Shown: positions 27,401 to 42,175, numbered from the whole stretch's first letter. The stretch is DNA of 63,607 nucleotides, filler included, from Collodictyon triciliatum (GCA_043381765.1; 7 parts of 7 records of this genome joined end to end with filler, not necessarily neighbours in it), one strand, 5' to 3'. Notes: generated from the letters alone by a model not told the origin. Numbers and translations: made by a program.

Positions 27401-29556
27401 TGGAACTTTGATATATTCGAGTTTGATAAACTTTCCGAAGGCCACTCGCTGTTCTTCTTGGGTCAACATCTATTGCAAAGACATGAGTTTATCCAGGAGT
27501 ACAAAATCCCCGAGGAGGTCAGTCCACCGCATTTTCATTACAGTCCTTTTGTTCGCCACTTACATAATCTCATAACTGTGCGTTATCGTTCAGTTCATTT
27601 CTATTGTGTTATTTACAACATATTTCGAAGGCACGGAACGAAAAGAAAAGAAAAGGGAAATAATACAATGAAGCTGTCGTGATTAATCTTAAAAAGTAAC
27701 TTGTCATCCCGTTGTGATTTACACTCACATACGAACTTAGACATTGCGTAACTTTCTGACCGTCATCGAGAGCGGCTACATCAACAATCCGTACCATAAC
27801 GCCGTTCATGCTGGGGACGTCTTACAGTCATACAACAGTCTCATATGCGCAGGGGGTTTGGGGCAGTAAGATAATTTCGATATAAGCTTGCTGATTTAGT
27901 GCAGACATATCTTACATAGTAATCTGATACACTGCGGCCTATGATGCATGACTCATCTTCCAATTAATATTTAACATTATACATGACTGGTCTATTCAAA
28001 TATAGGTACATAGAGCCATATGAAATGTTTTCCTGCTTGCTTGCAACCATCATCCACGATTTCAAACATCCCGGAGTAAACAATAATTTCTTGATTGGCG
28101 TTGACGACCCTATAGCAATCAGTTTCAATGACATATCGGTAGGATAAATCTTAATTCATTCCATTCCCTTCAAGTTGTGCCAATACATTATTTTTTTTTT
28201 TTTGATTAGCGTCAGTCTCATTTTTGCTATTTATTGATTTCATTACATGAATATGACATCATTCAAAAGTCGCCCTTATTTTCTCTTCCTTTAATTTCCT
28301 CTGTTGATTCTCTCAGGTGCTTGAAAATTATCACGTTTCAGAGGCATTTAAACTTATGGCTCAGGATGAATACAACATACTCAAAAATATACCGAAAGAC
28401 TTGTGAGTCCATATATCCGATATTATTTATCATTTTTATCAGTGGTATTAAATGTATTTTTTGATTCATCAGAACCTGCAAAATGAATAAGATAAATTAA
28501 TTCTGACTGAACTCACCCCTACTTAACAAGGCGAAAGAAAATTCGAAAACTGGTTATTGAGCTTGTGCTGAGTACAGACATGTCCCGCCACGCGGATATC
28601 ATGAGTGCTTTGAAAAACTCTATAAGTGTCGGAGGTAGTCACCTACGCTCATATTTTCCAACGCGACTTTTGCCAAACGAAGTCCCATTTACCTACCTTT
28701 GCTGCACTCATGCGCATTTCAGTCACAGGGATAACTCATATCAAACGCATGACATCCCCACACACCAACACACCGCCGACTTACAAAAACCCACACACAA
28801 CTAGACCTGAACGGAGAGACCTATGACAGTCGCTTGTTGATGATGAAAATGGCCATGAAGCTGTCTGATGTTTCCAACCCAGCCAAAGCCTCAAATGTTG
28901 CGCAGGAGTGGACACGGAGGGTGACGTTGGAGTTTTACTGCCAGGTCTGTCGATGCGACCAACAGTGCACCTCAATACAAATACGCCCTTTTATTTCATT
29001 CGATTCTAATATATTTCCAGCTAGATTTGCTAGCAACTCAGTGATTCAGCTTCTCACTGTGCTGACCTCTCTTGTGAACTCCATGTAGGGCGATAAAGAG
29101 AAGGATAAGGGAGTCCCCATCAGCCCGTTCATGGACCGAACAGTGCCGATGACCAGCAAAGCGCAGATTGGGTTTATATCCTTTGTCGTGCAGCCTTTGG
29201 CAGAGTTGTGGAATAGTGCGATGGGCAGCGGTCTGGACTGCCTCCTGAACCTGGCCACCAATCTAGACTACTGGAGAACGAAGGTACACCCATCAGAAAC
29301 ACCCCTGCCTTATTGAGTCTTTGTAGTTGATGATGAATGTCACATCTCTGCCTTTGGACGCCAGCTCTCTCAACTAATCCTCCAACCCCATGTGAAATAT
29401 AAGCTGGATGAGGAGACCTTGCAGGCAACTCTGAACGTGCCCACACAACCGCAGCCTCCGCCTTCTCCCCAGCCCATCCAGAGCATCCCTGTTATTGTGT
29501 CGCCCGCCATAATCGAGCCCAACGCAACAGAAAACAACTCCACAAAGACCTCGTAG
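24401..29556 (+). CDS. Class I cyclic nucleotide phosphodiesterase with N-terminal multi-TM domain
   Basis: WNFDIF; NPYHNAVHAGDVLQ; HDFKHPGVNNNFL; LENYH; LSTDMSRH; KLSDVSNPAK; EFYCQGDKEK; QIGFI. Hydrophobic exons at 24860-25473. Confidence 0.95.
26688..26900. repeat. (AAAATAAAACC)n / (AAATAAAACC)n intronic repeat
   Basis: Visible tandem repeat. Confidence 0.9.
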
Positions 29557-30918
29557 CAGTATTATTATCCCCAGATAAAGCGCACGCGGCCCTTCTCCCG
29601 CACCCTTCGCCCGCGCCCGTCTCGATTCACTCTGGTGGTCTCTTTCCCTCTTCCTTCCTCTCTTAATCGTTTTCGCTCTGAGCGTGCAAAGTTGGATTTA
29701 TGGAATAAATCATAAATTGAAGCGTATCGGTGCATCTGTGTTGTTTTATTTCATAAACTTCTCTGCGACAATAGACTATGCGGAATGCAGCTTCCCGACA
29801 TCATGTTCTCAAATCACTCGAACGACGACACAGCCACACAAACGGGATGCCTGCCAATCAATCAGAAGAAAAGCAAAAATGCTGATGGGACGATGTATGG
29901 TACAAATAGTACCGATACGACAGTTTTTTGTCTATGTACTCTTGGGCTGCCACTGGCGTCGCTGCATCAGGAGGTCAGTCGCAGTCTTTTATGTACGTGC
30001 AGAAGCAGCTGGACTCGAGCAATCCTGCTGCAGAGAGGCATCTTTTCTACCACACACTTTTGCACTTCCTTTTCAGTCTCGCGAACTAAATAGACGGGAT
30101 TAACTCTGCAGGAGCGCTTCTGTGCAGGGGTCTGTCGACGATGAACCCTTACTACCCAGAGGATGCCTGTTTGTGTTTTCTTTTTCTTTTTCCTTTTCTT
30201 TTTCCTTTTTCTTTTCTTTTTCCTTTTTCTGTTGCTATTGCTATTTCAGTTTCAGTTTTTTTGTTTCCTTTTTATTCTTTATTATTCTTTTATTTTCTTT
30301 ACTAGTTTTATGTTCCGTTGTTTTTTTTTTCCCTGGTTTTTTTTCCTGTTTTTTTTCCCCCTGGGCTGCTGAATACGCTCATATACTTAAATGCAGCTAC
30401 CTTTTCATTCTTTCGAACGAATTGCCTTTTTATCTGCTACATATATTTGGCGTTACCTTTGTGTTNNNNNNNNNNNNNNNNNNNNNNNNNNNNNNNNNNN
30501 NNNNNNNNNNNNNNNNNNNNNNNNNNNNNNNNNNNNNNNNNNNNNNNNNNNNNNNNNNNNNNNNNNNNNNNNNNNNNNNNNNNNNNNNNNNNNNNNNNNN
30601 NNNNNNNNNNNNNNNNNNNNNNNNNNNNNNNNNNNNNNNNNNNNNNNNNNNNNNNNNNNNNNNNNNNNNNNNNNNNNNNNNNNNNNNNNNNNNNNNNNNN
30701 NNNNNNNNNNNNNNNNNNNNNNNNNNNNNNNNNNNNNNNNNNNNNNNNNNNNNNNNNNNNNNNNNNNNNNNNNNNNNNNNNNNNNNNNNNNNNNNNNNNN
30801 NNNNNNNNNNNNNNNNNNNNNNNNNNNNNNNNNNNNNNNNNNNNNNNNNNNNNNNNNNGAAGAGTGACAGACATTAATACATACTAATACATTCGATTCG
30901 CTTGTAATGGAAATTTAG

Positions 30919-32757
30919 AACACAATACAAAACATATTCGGAACAGACCTTGAAGATGATTTGGGCCTGAGTGCCTCGGACGTGAGCATCCTCTCAGCAC
31001 TCTCATTTCTAGGTCTTTTTTATTTAATGGGGGAATACACGAAACATCTCCTTTCAACACTGCAGTGTGCTATGTACATGACTTTTTTTTAATCTATCCT
31101 TGGGAGTTATGATAGCCTTACTTAAATAGTGAAGCAAAAATATTATATAATCGAAGAGATGAATTACATCACAGTATAATTACATAAAAGACGAGTTTCA
31201 TACAAATATTTCATTTCTATCTTTATTCTTACATGTCCCATTTCGTTACAGGAATATATTTCACCATTCCCGCTGGTAATCCTAATTTTAATATAGATTG
31301 GCTTCTCAATGAAAATTCGATTTTAAAATTAAATTGGACTGCATGAATTTTCATCAAATTCATCAAAACTGTCATATCACCTCACTAGGTCTCCTGATAG
31401 ACAAATTTGGGCCTTTTTACGTCACAGTGTGTGGCTCTGTATTCTCTACTCTTGGTGTAGCGCTCACATCCCTCGCTGAGAAGGTTTTTCATATGTGCTA
31501 GTTTGGAGAAATATTTGGGAAATGGTCATATCTAATTGTTTATACTTACACGAAGGCATCTTCTGCGATTTTTCTTCAATAATTGTGAAATTGATATGTC
31601 TTTTTTGTTTTTATTTTTGTCTTTTGTTTGTGGCATATCAAGGATACATCGGGCTTAACTTACTTTGGTGTGCTTCTAATTGGATTTGGGAGCGGCGCAG
31701 CCTTTATCGCAGCCATGCAAGCATCTATGTCAATTGCAAGCCAATACGCTGGTGCGAAGCTGGAATTGCTATATTGTTCCTATTCGTCTAGTCTTAAGCG
31801 AATTTTTTATGCTCAGTTCATCATTAGAGGCCTATTTCACGATTTCAACACATTTCCTTCAATTAAAAAACAAACCTTAATGACATTAAACGGAATAAGC
31901 CTCCGCCTATTACATAGAATGAATACCGACCATTCCATGCATATTTTAATCTCGTTCGCTTTCGCAAGGTACGGCCATTTCGATTGTTGGTGGCGGGTTA
32001 AGTCTTTCGATGAGCTTCATCATTCTCGTACGAATAGGTAATTTATTGGTTACAAGAATTTTTTTTATTGTAGACTCATTTGACCAAAGCAAAAATAAAT
32101 CATCGAAAAACTATCCGCTTTCATGCATATCTATTATGTCTTTTTTTTTTTGAACCTCTTGTACTTCTCTATTTCAAAAGTATTCTGATGATGTATCCTA
32201 GATAATAATTAAATTATTGTATTTTTCTTTTTGTGGTTTTGTTGAATGATTTTTTTTTTTAAAAGAGCAAACCTTAGTAAACTTTATGCCACATGTTTTA
32301 GTTTATAATGGGGCATCCGAATGTTCCGGCGCTGGATGTTGGAGGAATCATTTCTATGTCCTGATAATACTGTCATTCCTGTTCATGATTATTCCGTCTT
32401 TTGCTTTCAAAAATGCACCCCGACCACAACGTAGTTAAACTATTTTCATTCCTTAATGTCACACACCACATCGTCATTCAGTTGCTTCATAATTAAAATC
32501 TAGCTTTTTTTTATATTTGTTTGGGTTTGCACGAAGTATATAATTAAAGCATATATTCCCATGCATATACATTCTAAAAATCTTGTAAAATATAGCTATC
32601 GAAGTTCAGATTTCTGATGCGTCATCCTCAAACTCTTCTACTATCGACCGACACTTGAGTTTAGCTGAGTCTTTTGATATAATCAGGCATCCGTTCTTTT
32701 GGGCTCTTTTTGTTGGGTACTTCACCTCGATTGGAACAGGACTGCTTATCTTGACTC
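30919..32757 (+). CDS. MFS transporter, nodulin-like/Mch1 type (partial)
   Basis: GIYFTIPA|GLLIDKFGP (MFS motif A), LIGFGSGAAF, GTAISIVGGGLSLS, LSLAESFDIIRHPFFWALF. The 5' part is obscured by gap 30465-30859 and the 3' part is cut by the contig end. Confidence 0.85.
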
Positions 32758-33533
32758 GTAAGTGGCTTTTATGGCGTATCGTATTTCTAATTTGCATTCG
32801 GTCAGAGTGTAATCGAAAAATCAAAAACAATAGCGAATGTAGAAAATTTATCCAATACCAGTAATATTAGTATAAATAAAAAATAAAAAATAAAAAGTAA
32901 AAAATAAAAAATAAAAAATAAAAAATAAAAAATAAAAAATAAAAAATAAAAAATAAAAAATAAAAAATAAAANNNNNNNNNNNNNNNNNNNNNNNNNNNN
33001 NNNNNNNNNNNNNNNNTTAATTAATTAANNNNNNNNNNNNNNNNNNNNNNNNNNNNNNNNNNNNNNNNNNNNTTGTTTGTTTGTTTGTTTGTTTGTTTGT
33101 TTGTTTGTTTGTTTGTTTGTTTGTTTGTTTGTTTGTTTGTTTGTTTGTTTGTTTGTTTTGTTTGTTTGTTTGTTTGTTTGTTTGTTTGTTTGTTTGTTTG
33201 TTTGTTTGTTTGTTTGTTTGTTTGTTTGTTTGTTTCTGTCTTTTATTTCTGTTTCATAGTTCTTTTTGTCTTTTGTTTTCTGTGTTTTCATTTTATTTTG
33301 ATTTTTCTTTATTGTCGCGTCGTGCTTGCCAACGTCTTGCAGAGGCTGATTCGCCCATGAATGAACTATTGCATGAAAGAGAGAGAAAGAGAGAGAGAGA
33401 AAGAGAAAGAAGAGAGAAGAAAAAGAAGAAAGAATAAGCAGGCGGTTAAGAAAGCAGTGGGAGTGTAGTTGGGTGGGTGAGTGGTTTCAGCGGATGTTTG
33501 CGTGTTGGGGTGGAATGGGGATGGAGATTTATG

Positions 33534-36500
33534 CTATGCAGTCTTTGGGAGCGCCTTCTTTGCAGCTGCGAGGATGGCTGCCTTGACTGTCGGGTGGGAA
33601 AATCCGTACTGCACGGGGCCGGATGCCGATGCGGACGGACGAAGCCCATCTGCGCTGCTGCACGTCTAATTGGCCAGAGTGAATGAGTGAAACAGTGAAT
33701 GAGTGAAACAGTGAAACAGTGAAACAGTGAAACAGTGAAACAGTGAAACAGTGAAACAGTGAAACAATGAAACAATGAAACAGTGAAACAGTGAAACAAT
33801 GAAACAATGAAAACAATGAAACAATGAAACAATGAAAACAATGAAAACAATGATAACAATGAAAACAATGAAAACAATGAAACAGTGAAACAATTAAAAC
33901 AATGAAAACAATGAAAACAATGATAACAATGAAAACAATGAAAACAATGAAAACAGTGAAACAGTGAAAACAATGAAACAGCGAAACAATTAAAACAATG
34001 AAAACAATGAAAACAATGAAAACAATGAAAACAGTGAAACAATGAAAACTATGAAAACTATGAAAACTATGAAACAGTGAAACAGTGAAACAATGACAAC
34101 AATGACAACAATGACAACAATGAAAACAATGAAAACAATGAAAACAGTGAAACAATGAAAACTAAGAAACAGTGAAACAGTGAAAACAATGAAAACAATG
34201 AAAACAATGAAACAGTGAAACAATGAAAACAATGAAAACAATGAAAACAATGAAAACAATGAAAACTATGAAAACTATGAAAACTATGAAACAGTGAAAC
34301 AGTGAAACAATGACAACAATGAAAACAATGAAAACAATGAAAACAGTAAAAACAGTAAAAACAGTAAAAACAGTAAAAACAGTAAAAACAGTAAAAACAG
34401 TAAAAACAGTAAAAACAGTAAAAACAGTAAAAACAGTAAAAACAGTAAAAACAGTAAAAAAAACAGTGAAAACAATGAAAACAGTGATAACGGTGAAAAC
34501 AAACTGGATATCACACAACAACACACAATTACACGACTGAAAAAGATAACATGTGAGAGAGAGAAAAGAAGATATTTATAATTATTTAAGATAATTTGTA
34601 TAAATAATGCAACTTGCCTTGAGAATGTATGTCCATGTGAATGAGGTGGTTGCTCCATCGACGATGTTGGTTGGGTCATCGCCCGGGATTGCGCGGAAGA
34701 TGGGCCGGTTTTCGACTTTGTCATGAATAACCTCCATATACTGATTTTTGTACATATATTAGTTTTGTAATTGAACTTAAATAATGGTAAACTCTTTATT
34801 TTTGACTCCTTGTCTGATATAATATGATAAGTGTTGAAACAGAAATCTACGTATATAGTCTCTCGTCCAGCTGATTTCATACTCCGGTATATTCTTTCCG
34901 ATTTGAAGCCGATTGGGTAGTAGTAGCCGCCCTTGAAAAAGTTTTCGTCATCCGAGATGATTTCTCCAATCGACCGTACAACAAAGCGAGGAGTGTACAT
35001 GACGTCCGACTCTCGTTTCTCAAGAGACAGTGAGCCTATTGGAAATCATATGATTTCGATTTTAGTCTTATCCTGCTTAATCATAACGATGTATTTCTTT
35101 CATTATTATTATTATTTTCATTTTAATTATTATGGAGTATTTGTGCGACATGAGGAAATATGATTGTTTAGTGTTTTGAACACAGTATAATAGCGAATAA
35201 AACAAGATAAATCGAGAATACACCCACACAAAAGAAAAAGATCGAAAAGGAGTAAGTCAAATGAAATGCTTAACCCTTTCTCAAAAGTCATAATCTGGCA
35301 TTTCAAATTACATATTTGATGTATGAATATTAGTCCAGCGAATTTCAAACCTATTTCACCATCAACCAATTCAACAGGCGGTGCCAATTTACGTGAAGAC
35401 GGAGCATCTTTTTTCGATGAGATTGGTTGTGTATGTTTCTTCTCTTGCGACGTTGATGCGACAGACGTTCTCGTATTAAAATCCTGCTCATCCACATCAT
35501 CTGTATATTTCACTGACTTGCCCTTAGTCGACCTCTGAGATAACATGACTTTCTCTTCGGGCTTTGGTGTTTTGCTCTGTGGCACTTGTGCATTTTGCTC
35601 TTTGTTTTGATCTCCTGTTTGTGCTCTAATTTCTTTTGACGGTGTTACCTTTTGTGCTGTCTGATTGATAACGGGTGCTTTGCTAGGTGTTTGTTTCGAT
35701 GGAGCAGCGGGTAACTCATTCGACTTCTTTTGCGCAGTACTAGACTCAGCCACAGTCGGTGTCTGTTTTTTTAATGATGGAGATACAGTTTCGTTTTTTG
35801 ACTTTGCCTTTTGCATTGGGGTTGGTTTAGGTGTCGGGTCATTCTGCTTGGAAGGTGTGGATACGGGCTTCGAACCCGATTTCTCTTTGTTTGCTGGTGC
35901 CAGTTTTGTCTCCTCAGGATTTGCCGTATGTGCTTGTCCATATCTCGGTGTGGTCACTGATGATTTCAGTGCGTTTCTAGTAGCTGACACCTTGTCCTCT
36001 TTCTTGCGGCTGGGAACCGGGGTGGTAGATGCAGATGTAGATTCGGGTTCTTTAGGTGTCTTAGAGCCTCTTCTTTGGGCTGGTGGCGGTGTGGCGTTAT
36101 CAGCATAAGATGAGTCGCTGTTATCTATTTCTTCGCTCAGGCATGAAAATGATTCGTCACTCGACTCGCTGTCACTGTACTCATGTTTCCTCTTCTTTTC
36201 AGACTTTCTAGCTTTCACTGTCACAGATGGTTTCTTTTGGTCTACTATTACTTTTACGTCGTCATGTTTTCTGGGTGTGTCTGGGTCAATTCCAGATGTG
36301 CTGGACAGGATGGAGAGATATAAATGCTGCAGTTTCTCAACCGATTCTCTTGATCGGCTGAGCAACATTTGTTTAGACTCCATGTCGTTTCCTTGCTTAC
36401 TGTCATTGCATTTTAGTAGATAATCAATAAATAAATCCATGCTTTCCAGCTCGTCGGAAGTTAAGGTTCTTTGTCCCACTTGACATTCCAACAACATTTG

Positions 36501-39500
36501 TCCAGTGCTGTGGAAAAGGAGCTCCTAGGAGATGGAAATGTTTGGAACAATAAAGAATCGTACTAGCAAAATTTACATTGTTGAGCACCTTTGTAAAGTA
36601 CAATCAAAAGAAGAAAAACACGCATATTATTGAATAACTTCAATAATCAGAAACTAATTGTCCCTTACTTCAACAAAGGGAATCATCGGCTTCGGGGCTA
36701 GCTGCTTCTCAAGCTCAAAACAAATTACATTTGTGCTGAGATTATACATATGAATAAAATTTCCACCAAAGGATATTGTGTCCACTGGCGTATAAACAGC
36801 ATGAATCCAATCCCCAGGAAGAAGTAGCGTCTCTCCTTGCTTCAAACGGAAATACCTGTGGTGGATATTGCGCAGAGTAATGGTATTATGCATGTGTATT
36901 TACACAAAGATCAAATATGCACGAAATCACTCCATTCAATCGTATTGTATTGCCCAGTTGTGCAATATTTGGTCTATGTCTTGTTTTTCGTCATATTGGT
37001 ACTTCTTTATTGATTAATGTATTAATTTGATAGAGAGCATACTTTGCTCTTGTTCCACGGAATGCTGCTTTTGAGCCTTTCAAAAACCCACCCAAGGCCC
37101 ATTTTTTGTACGATTCTATATTTTCAGCATTTGGGGGTAGAATCAGGTACCACTTCTCTCCTTGTATTACGTGGCACCAAACCTTGATTACACAAAAGGT
37201 TTTATTTAAAAAATTGATAACATTCTAATTAATTTTCTCATTTATTCGTTGCACAGTTAGATATCTTACGGACTTGCCGTGCCAAAAAAAAAAAAGAAAG
37301 GCATTGCAATTGATTTACAAAGTGTATATTTGGATAAATTTAATCATCTCTAAATGCGAAATGAAAAAGGTATGACATTGGATAAGCTATATTTTGTTTA
37401 TAAAGATATAGGAATTGTTCAATTTTTTTGCTTTCTCTTCACAAACCGATGCCCCTCCTGGCTCCAATTGGAGGTCCGAGTATGTGTTAGCCAGCTCGAT
37501 AGATAGATACTTTTGCTTCTTAAAATAATATGAATTAGCTATATATTCCTGGGGCGTTTCGTTCGGAGATACATGTAAACAAAAATATAGACTTACAGCA
37601 CGTTTGGCTTGATTGAATTGTGTTTTCCTTGCTGACTGTTCTGATTTCCATGGCCAATACTTTTCATACACGTCCATATCGCTAACCAACTTTTGTTTTT
37701 TAAATGAGATGGCAATTGGTTAATATAAATTAATGAGGAAGAGGAGAAAAAATTGTACAGCAAGGGAAACCTCTATGTGTTTTCCAATTAAAGAAGAAAC
37801 ATTAAGAAATGCAATCGATACGCTTTTTTATAACCCACTTTCGGAGCTGATAAATGCTCAGCAAGAGGAGTCTTTGAGTAGTCGAATCCAGACATATTCA
37901 AAAGTCCAAATTTGAGGCGATCGTCAGGCTTTGAAGAGAAATATTGCATATATCTATGGATGAGGAGATAAATCATGTCAGTACTGTCCAAGAAAATGAA
38001 CACATTCACTATATATTTTTAAAAAGAAAAGGAAATAGTACATACATACTTGTATTCGACCTAGATATATATATGACGAGAAAGTAAATTAAGAATGACA
38101 AACTGAGACAGCGTCCACGTGGAACCGATCGGTGACTTTGTGGAATAATTATAAACAGGGACAATTGTGTCCGCCCCGACTAACTCGACGAGCAACATGG
38201 AGGAAAAAGGACTTAGACTCTATAATTTTTAATAAATGAGTACTGAAAATGATATTAATTTAAAGTCGGGTGGTAAATATGATTCATTAAATAAAAATAG
38301 CTCATCAAATAAGTGTTTTTATCCTCAATGAGTTAACTTATAAATCATATTTTGTCTTCTTAGCTCTTTTTTTCTTTTTATTCATGACTTACTCTTAAAC
38401 CAGATGGATAGCTTCGATGGACCACATATGGGATTCTAAACCCCTCCTTTCTTATCTTTTCAAGAAAAAGCCTTTTGGAATGGATGAAGCGAATATCCTG
38501 ACGGTCCTTCGATTCATTCGCAAAACAACGCCGTGAGTGGACTTTTATTGTGAAGATTTTTTTCTTTATTCGATTGAAAGTGTAGCGAGGGACTTTTATT
38601 GTGAAGATATTTACATGGGTTTCATAGGCTAAAAGTGAACACGGGAGGGAAATACTTGATTATTATACGTGAACACAAAGCGATTTGAGCTCAGAAGAAA
38701 AGGCACAAAACATAAAACACAAAAGAAAAGAGAAAAGAGAAAAGAAAAGAAAAGAAAAGAAAAGAGTTATATTAGACAAAATTACAAAGTGAATGAAAGC
38801 TTACAGGTTTGTTTGAAGCACGCCTCCCACGTGATGAACCAAAATCCCTATTCCAATTTTAGAAATAAACACGAAAATGAATATGAGAATCCATCGAAAT
38901 CATAATTCATAAAGTAAATAGGAAATAACCAAAGTTTCATATGTGTAACCTTCTCTCTACTTCTCCTGGCCAAGACGATGCTTCCATTAGGGAGGCAAGA
39001 ATTCTTTCCTCGTCAATATCCGGCAAAACATCGTCAAAGTGACACGGTCCAGCATCGCTTGCTCGGTCCATTTGAATTTCGTTTGCAGATAATGTTGGCG
39101 TTGCAGAACTTTTCAATACGGGATTCATGGAAGGAACGCTGATTTTATCTTTGGCTCTATTTGGCTTGTCATTCCCTAAACCGTCCCCTTTAAGTGACTT
39201 TGATGGCTGCTTCATATCTTGATTTTGTTTTTGTGATTTGTTGTGAGTCGATTTTTGGATATGATTCCTTTTTGAAGAATGAGATTGATAGGATTCGTTG
39301 TTGCTGAGGTCATCTCCAGTTATCACAGATTGGTGGGTGTGAACCGAGTACTGTTTGGGAAAGTGTGTCTCATCAGTGATAACGCTCAGCTGATTGCTAC
39401 CGCCTCTATACACAGAATATTGCTGCCCGATTTTTTCCTGTGTGTTTGAAACAAGTGTTGTACTGTTTCCATCGCGGTAAATAGGCTTCGAAGAAGGGTG

Positions 39501-40483
39501 TGAACAATGACCATGTCCCTCTTCATAATGACTCGTGGAGCTACCGTAATCTGGGTAAATGGGGCCTTGTCTGTAACGTCCTGCCATGGTATGCAACTCG
39601 TTGTGGTTGTGAATTGGAACGTTGGGTTGACTATGCAAATGCGAAAGGAAACGATGTTGCCTCTCATTCTCATCATCATAATCATTGTCCTCGTCGTTTT
39701 CTGCAAATGCGTCGCCATGGTGCTCAACTCCGACTTCTTCGTCCTCTTCACTTTCGTTTTCATCTTCATCCTCCCCATCTTCCATTTCGCCATCATCTTC
39801 TTCGTCATCCTCCACTTCATACTCGTTCTGGTTGTCATCATTATCGCCTTCTCTAATGTGGTCGATGATGCCCTAGTCGCAAAACGACATAGGTTGAGCA
39901 AGAAATCGTAACATAAATCGATGTTTATTTTTTTCTTAAAATGGATACACATTCTTGTCTTTCTTTCGAAAAAAATTATAATTGAAGCATCCATTGGTAT
40001 ACTTTTCTCTAATCATACACTCCAATACAAAATCATTCAAATTGAGAAAAGAACAAAATCACGATTTTTTTTTTTAAAAAAAAAAAGAATTACGTTCTGT
40101 CCTCTCATTCCGTTGTGATACATTACACCAATGGTATTCTGCGGATACAGCTTCTCTTGTGAGTGATTCTGGGCGATGTTGTAGAAAGAATGCTGTGCTT
40201 CATCATCACCATTCCCTTCCTCATCATCATCATCATCTTCTTCATCATATTCATCTTCTTCATCATATTCATCTTCTCCTTCAATCTGTTCTTGCTCTTG
40301 TTCCACCAGCTCGTCTCCATTTTCAATGTCTTGTTCGCCTTCGTCGTCTCGGTCATCCTGGACATTCTGATCTTTCTGAGGTGCGCTTTGAGACTGGCGA
40401 GCGTTGCCATATTGATCAAACACGGTTGAGTGATCGTGCGGATACGACCCACGATAGTAGTGACCCGAGTCTTTCGGATCCAT
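33534..40483 (-). CDS. JmjC (KDM2/KDM7-like) + FYRN/FYRC chromatin protein with acidic N-terminus
   Basis: JmjC: KYLSIELANTYSDLQLEPGGAS|VWCHVIQGEKWYLILPP, LKQGETLLLPGDWIHAVYTPVDTISFGGNFIH. FYRN: VRSIGEIISDDENF..YYYPIGFKSERIYRSM. FYRC: RPIFRAIPGDDP..TWTYILK|..SGPVQYGFSHPTVKAAI*. Confidence 0.88.
33680..34500. repeat. Complex intronic satellite of 8/9-nt units (AAACAGTG, AAAACAATG, AAAAACAGT)
   Basis: Mixed tandem units filling the last JmjC-gene intron. Confidence 0.95.
38558..38589 (-). mobile_element. Short retroposon-like element, copy 3 (intronic)
   Basis: Reverse complement CTCGCTACACTTTCAATCGAATAAAGAAAAAA between perfect 19-bp repeats GGACTTTTATTGTGAAGAT (38539-38557, 38590-38608). Confidence 0.9.
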
Positions 40484-41801
40484 TGGAACTATTGCGGGCG
40501 CAAGTATGAGCGTGAGTATGAATATGAATACGGGTAAGAGCATAACTCAGTTTGCAAGGGAGAGTGCTTTCAGCAAGTTATGTTGTACGTTGCTGGGTAT
40601 TTTGGATAACCGATCGTTGGCTTTGTTCGACCCTCAAAAAAAAAAAAAAAAAAGAGTCCTTCTACAAATATTAGTGCTTGCTGCTGCTGTGTATGAATCA
40701 AGAAGGGTTATGATCGTTGTTCTTCTGAGGGATAAAGATGTGTGTACTTTCTTCATACATCAGAAAGGGTTTGTGTTCTGTGTCTGTGATTCTCGCTTCA
40801 GAACTCGAAGCGGCGCGACTGAAACACACGATCGACTTCGCTTCTCGCTCGGCACAGAAGCAGTCTTCCGTTGTCGGGAGAGGCAATCGGCAAAAGAGAA
40901 AAACAAAAGCAAAAACAAGGGTTCTCTCTCTGCCTTGCAGCTTTGAATCCCGGTGGGCGCTTTGGAAGGCACAACACCTCCCAGTATCGAGCCAACAGGC
41001 CAAGGCAATCACAGCCGCATCCACAATCACAACTCCATCCCATCCACAAGCAGGCAAGATCAACACTGCTCAAACGGAGACGTTGGCATAAATTCCTCTC
41101 CTGCAACAACACATAGACAGACATCCACCCAACCCAGAAACGGGGGGCATCGCACAAATCATCATCATCACCATCACTTTCCAATCATCATTTGGGCCTT
41201 CACCACCACAACTGTATATATCGGATTGCTGTCTTGCTCGCCTCCTTGTGAGCGGTTTCCCTTTGGCTGTTGCCTTTGCTGGCGGTAATAAACGGATACT
41301 TCCAATTTTGTCGATCCACATTTAGAGCACCTTTCCCTTTATACCATAATGCAACGGCAACCCATTCAGCTGCTTCTGGCACAGGCCGCGTGCCTTGTGC
41401 ACAAACTTTTATATATACATATAACATATTTAACTATATTCTAACATATATAATAAAGATAGTATTTTTAAGTTCCAACATAAAATATTTATATGATATA
41501 TTCCATAATTGACAAAATCAGAGCTCAAGTAGCTACGTTGTTAGCAAAGATAGTGCAAATAGTGGTCAATTCTTTTTGAATCAGCGTTTGAACGGAGATG
41601 ACTTTGTCTCGGCAGGCACCCACAGGCTCGCACTGGACGCATAGAAGCCAGTCTGCTGTCTCTGGCCCACCCGCGCTTCAGATCGGTGATTGCAAGCCCG
41701 TTTCTCACGGCAGAGGACCCCGATGAAACTCTGTGTATCTTTATCCTAAGGGCACTTGCTTTCTTTCGTTCAGTTAGGATGCTGTCATTTTGTATACGTC
41801 C

Positions 41802-41920
<119 letters not shown>

Positions 41921-42175
41921 TNNNNNNNNNNNNNNNNNNNNNNNNNNNNNNNNNNNNNNNNNNNNTTAATTAATTAANNNNNNNNNNNNNNNNNNNNNNN
42001 NNNNNNNNNNNNNNNNNNNNNTTTTACTTTTACTTTTACTTTTACTTTTACTTTTACTTTTACTTTTACTTTTACTTTTACTTTTACTTTTACTTTTACT
42101 TTTACTTTTACTTTTACTTTTACTTGTGTTCGTTTGCAAACAGCCGAAGTTACATAAAAACCCGCTTCATAATAG

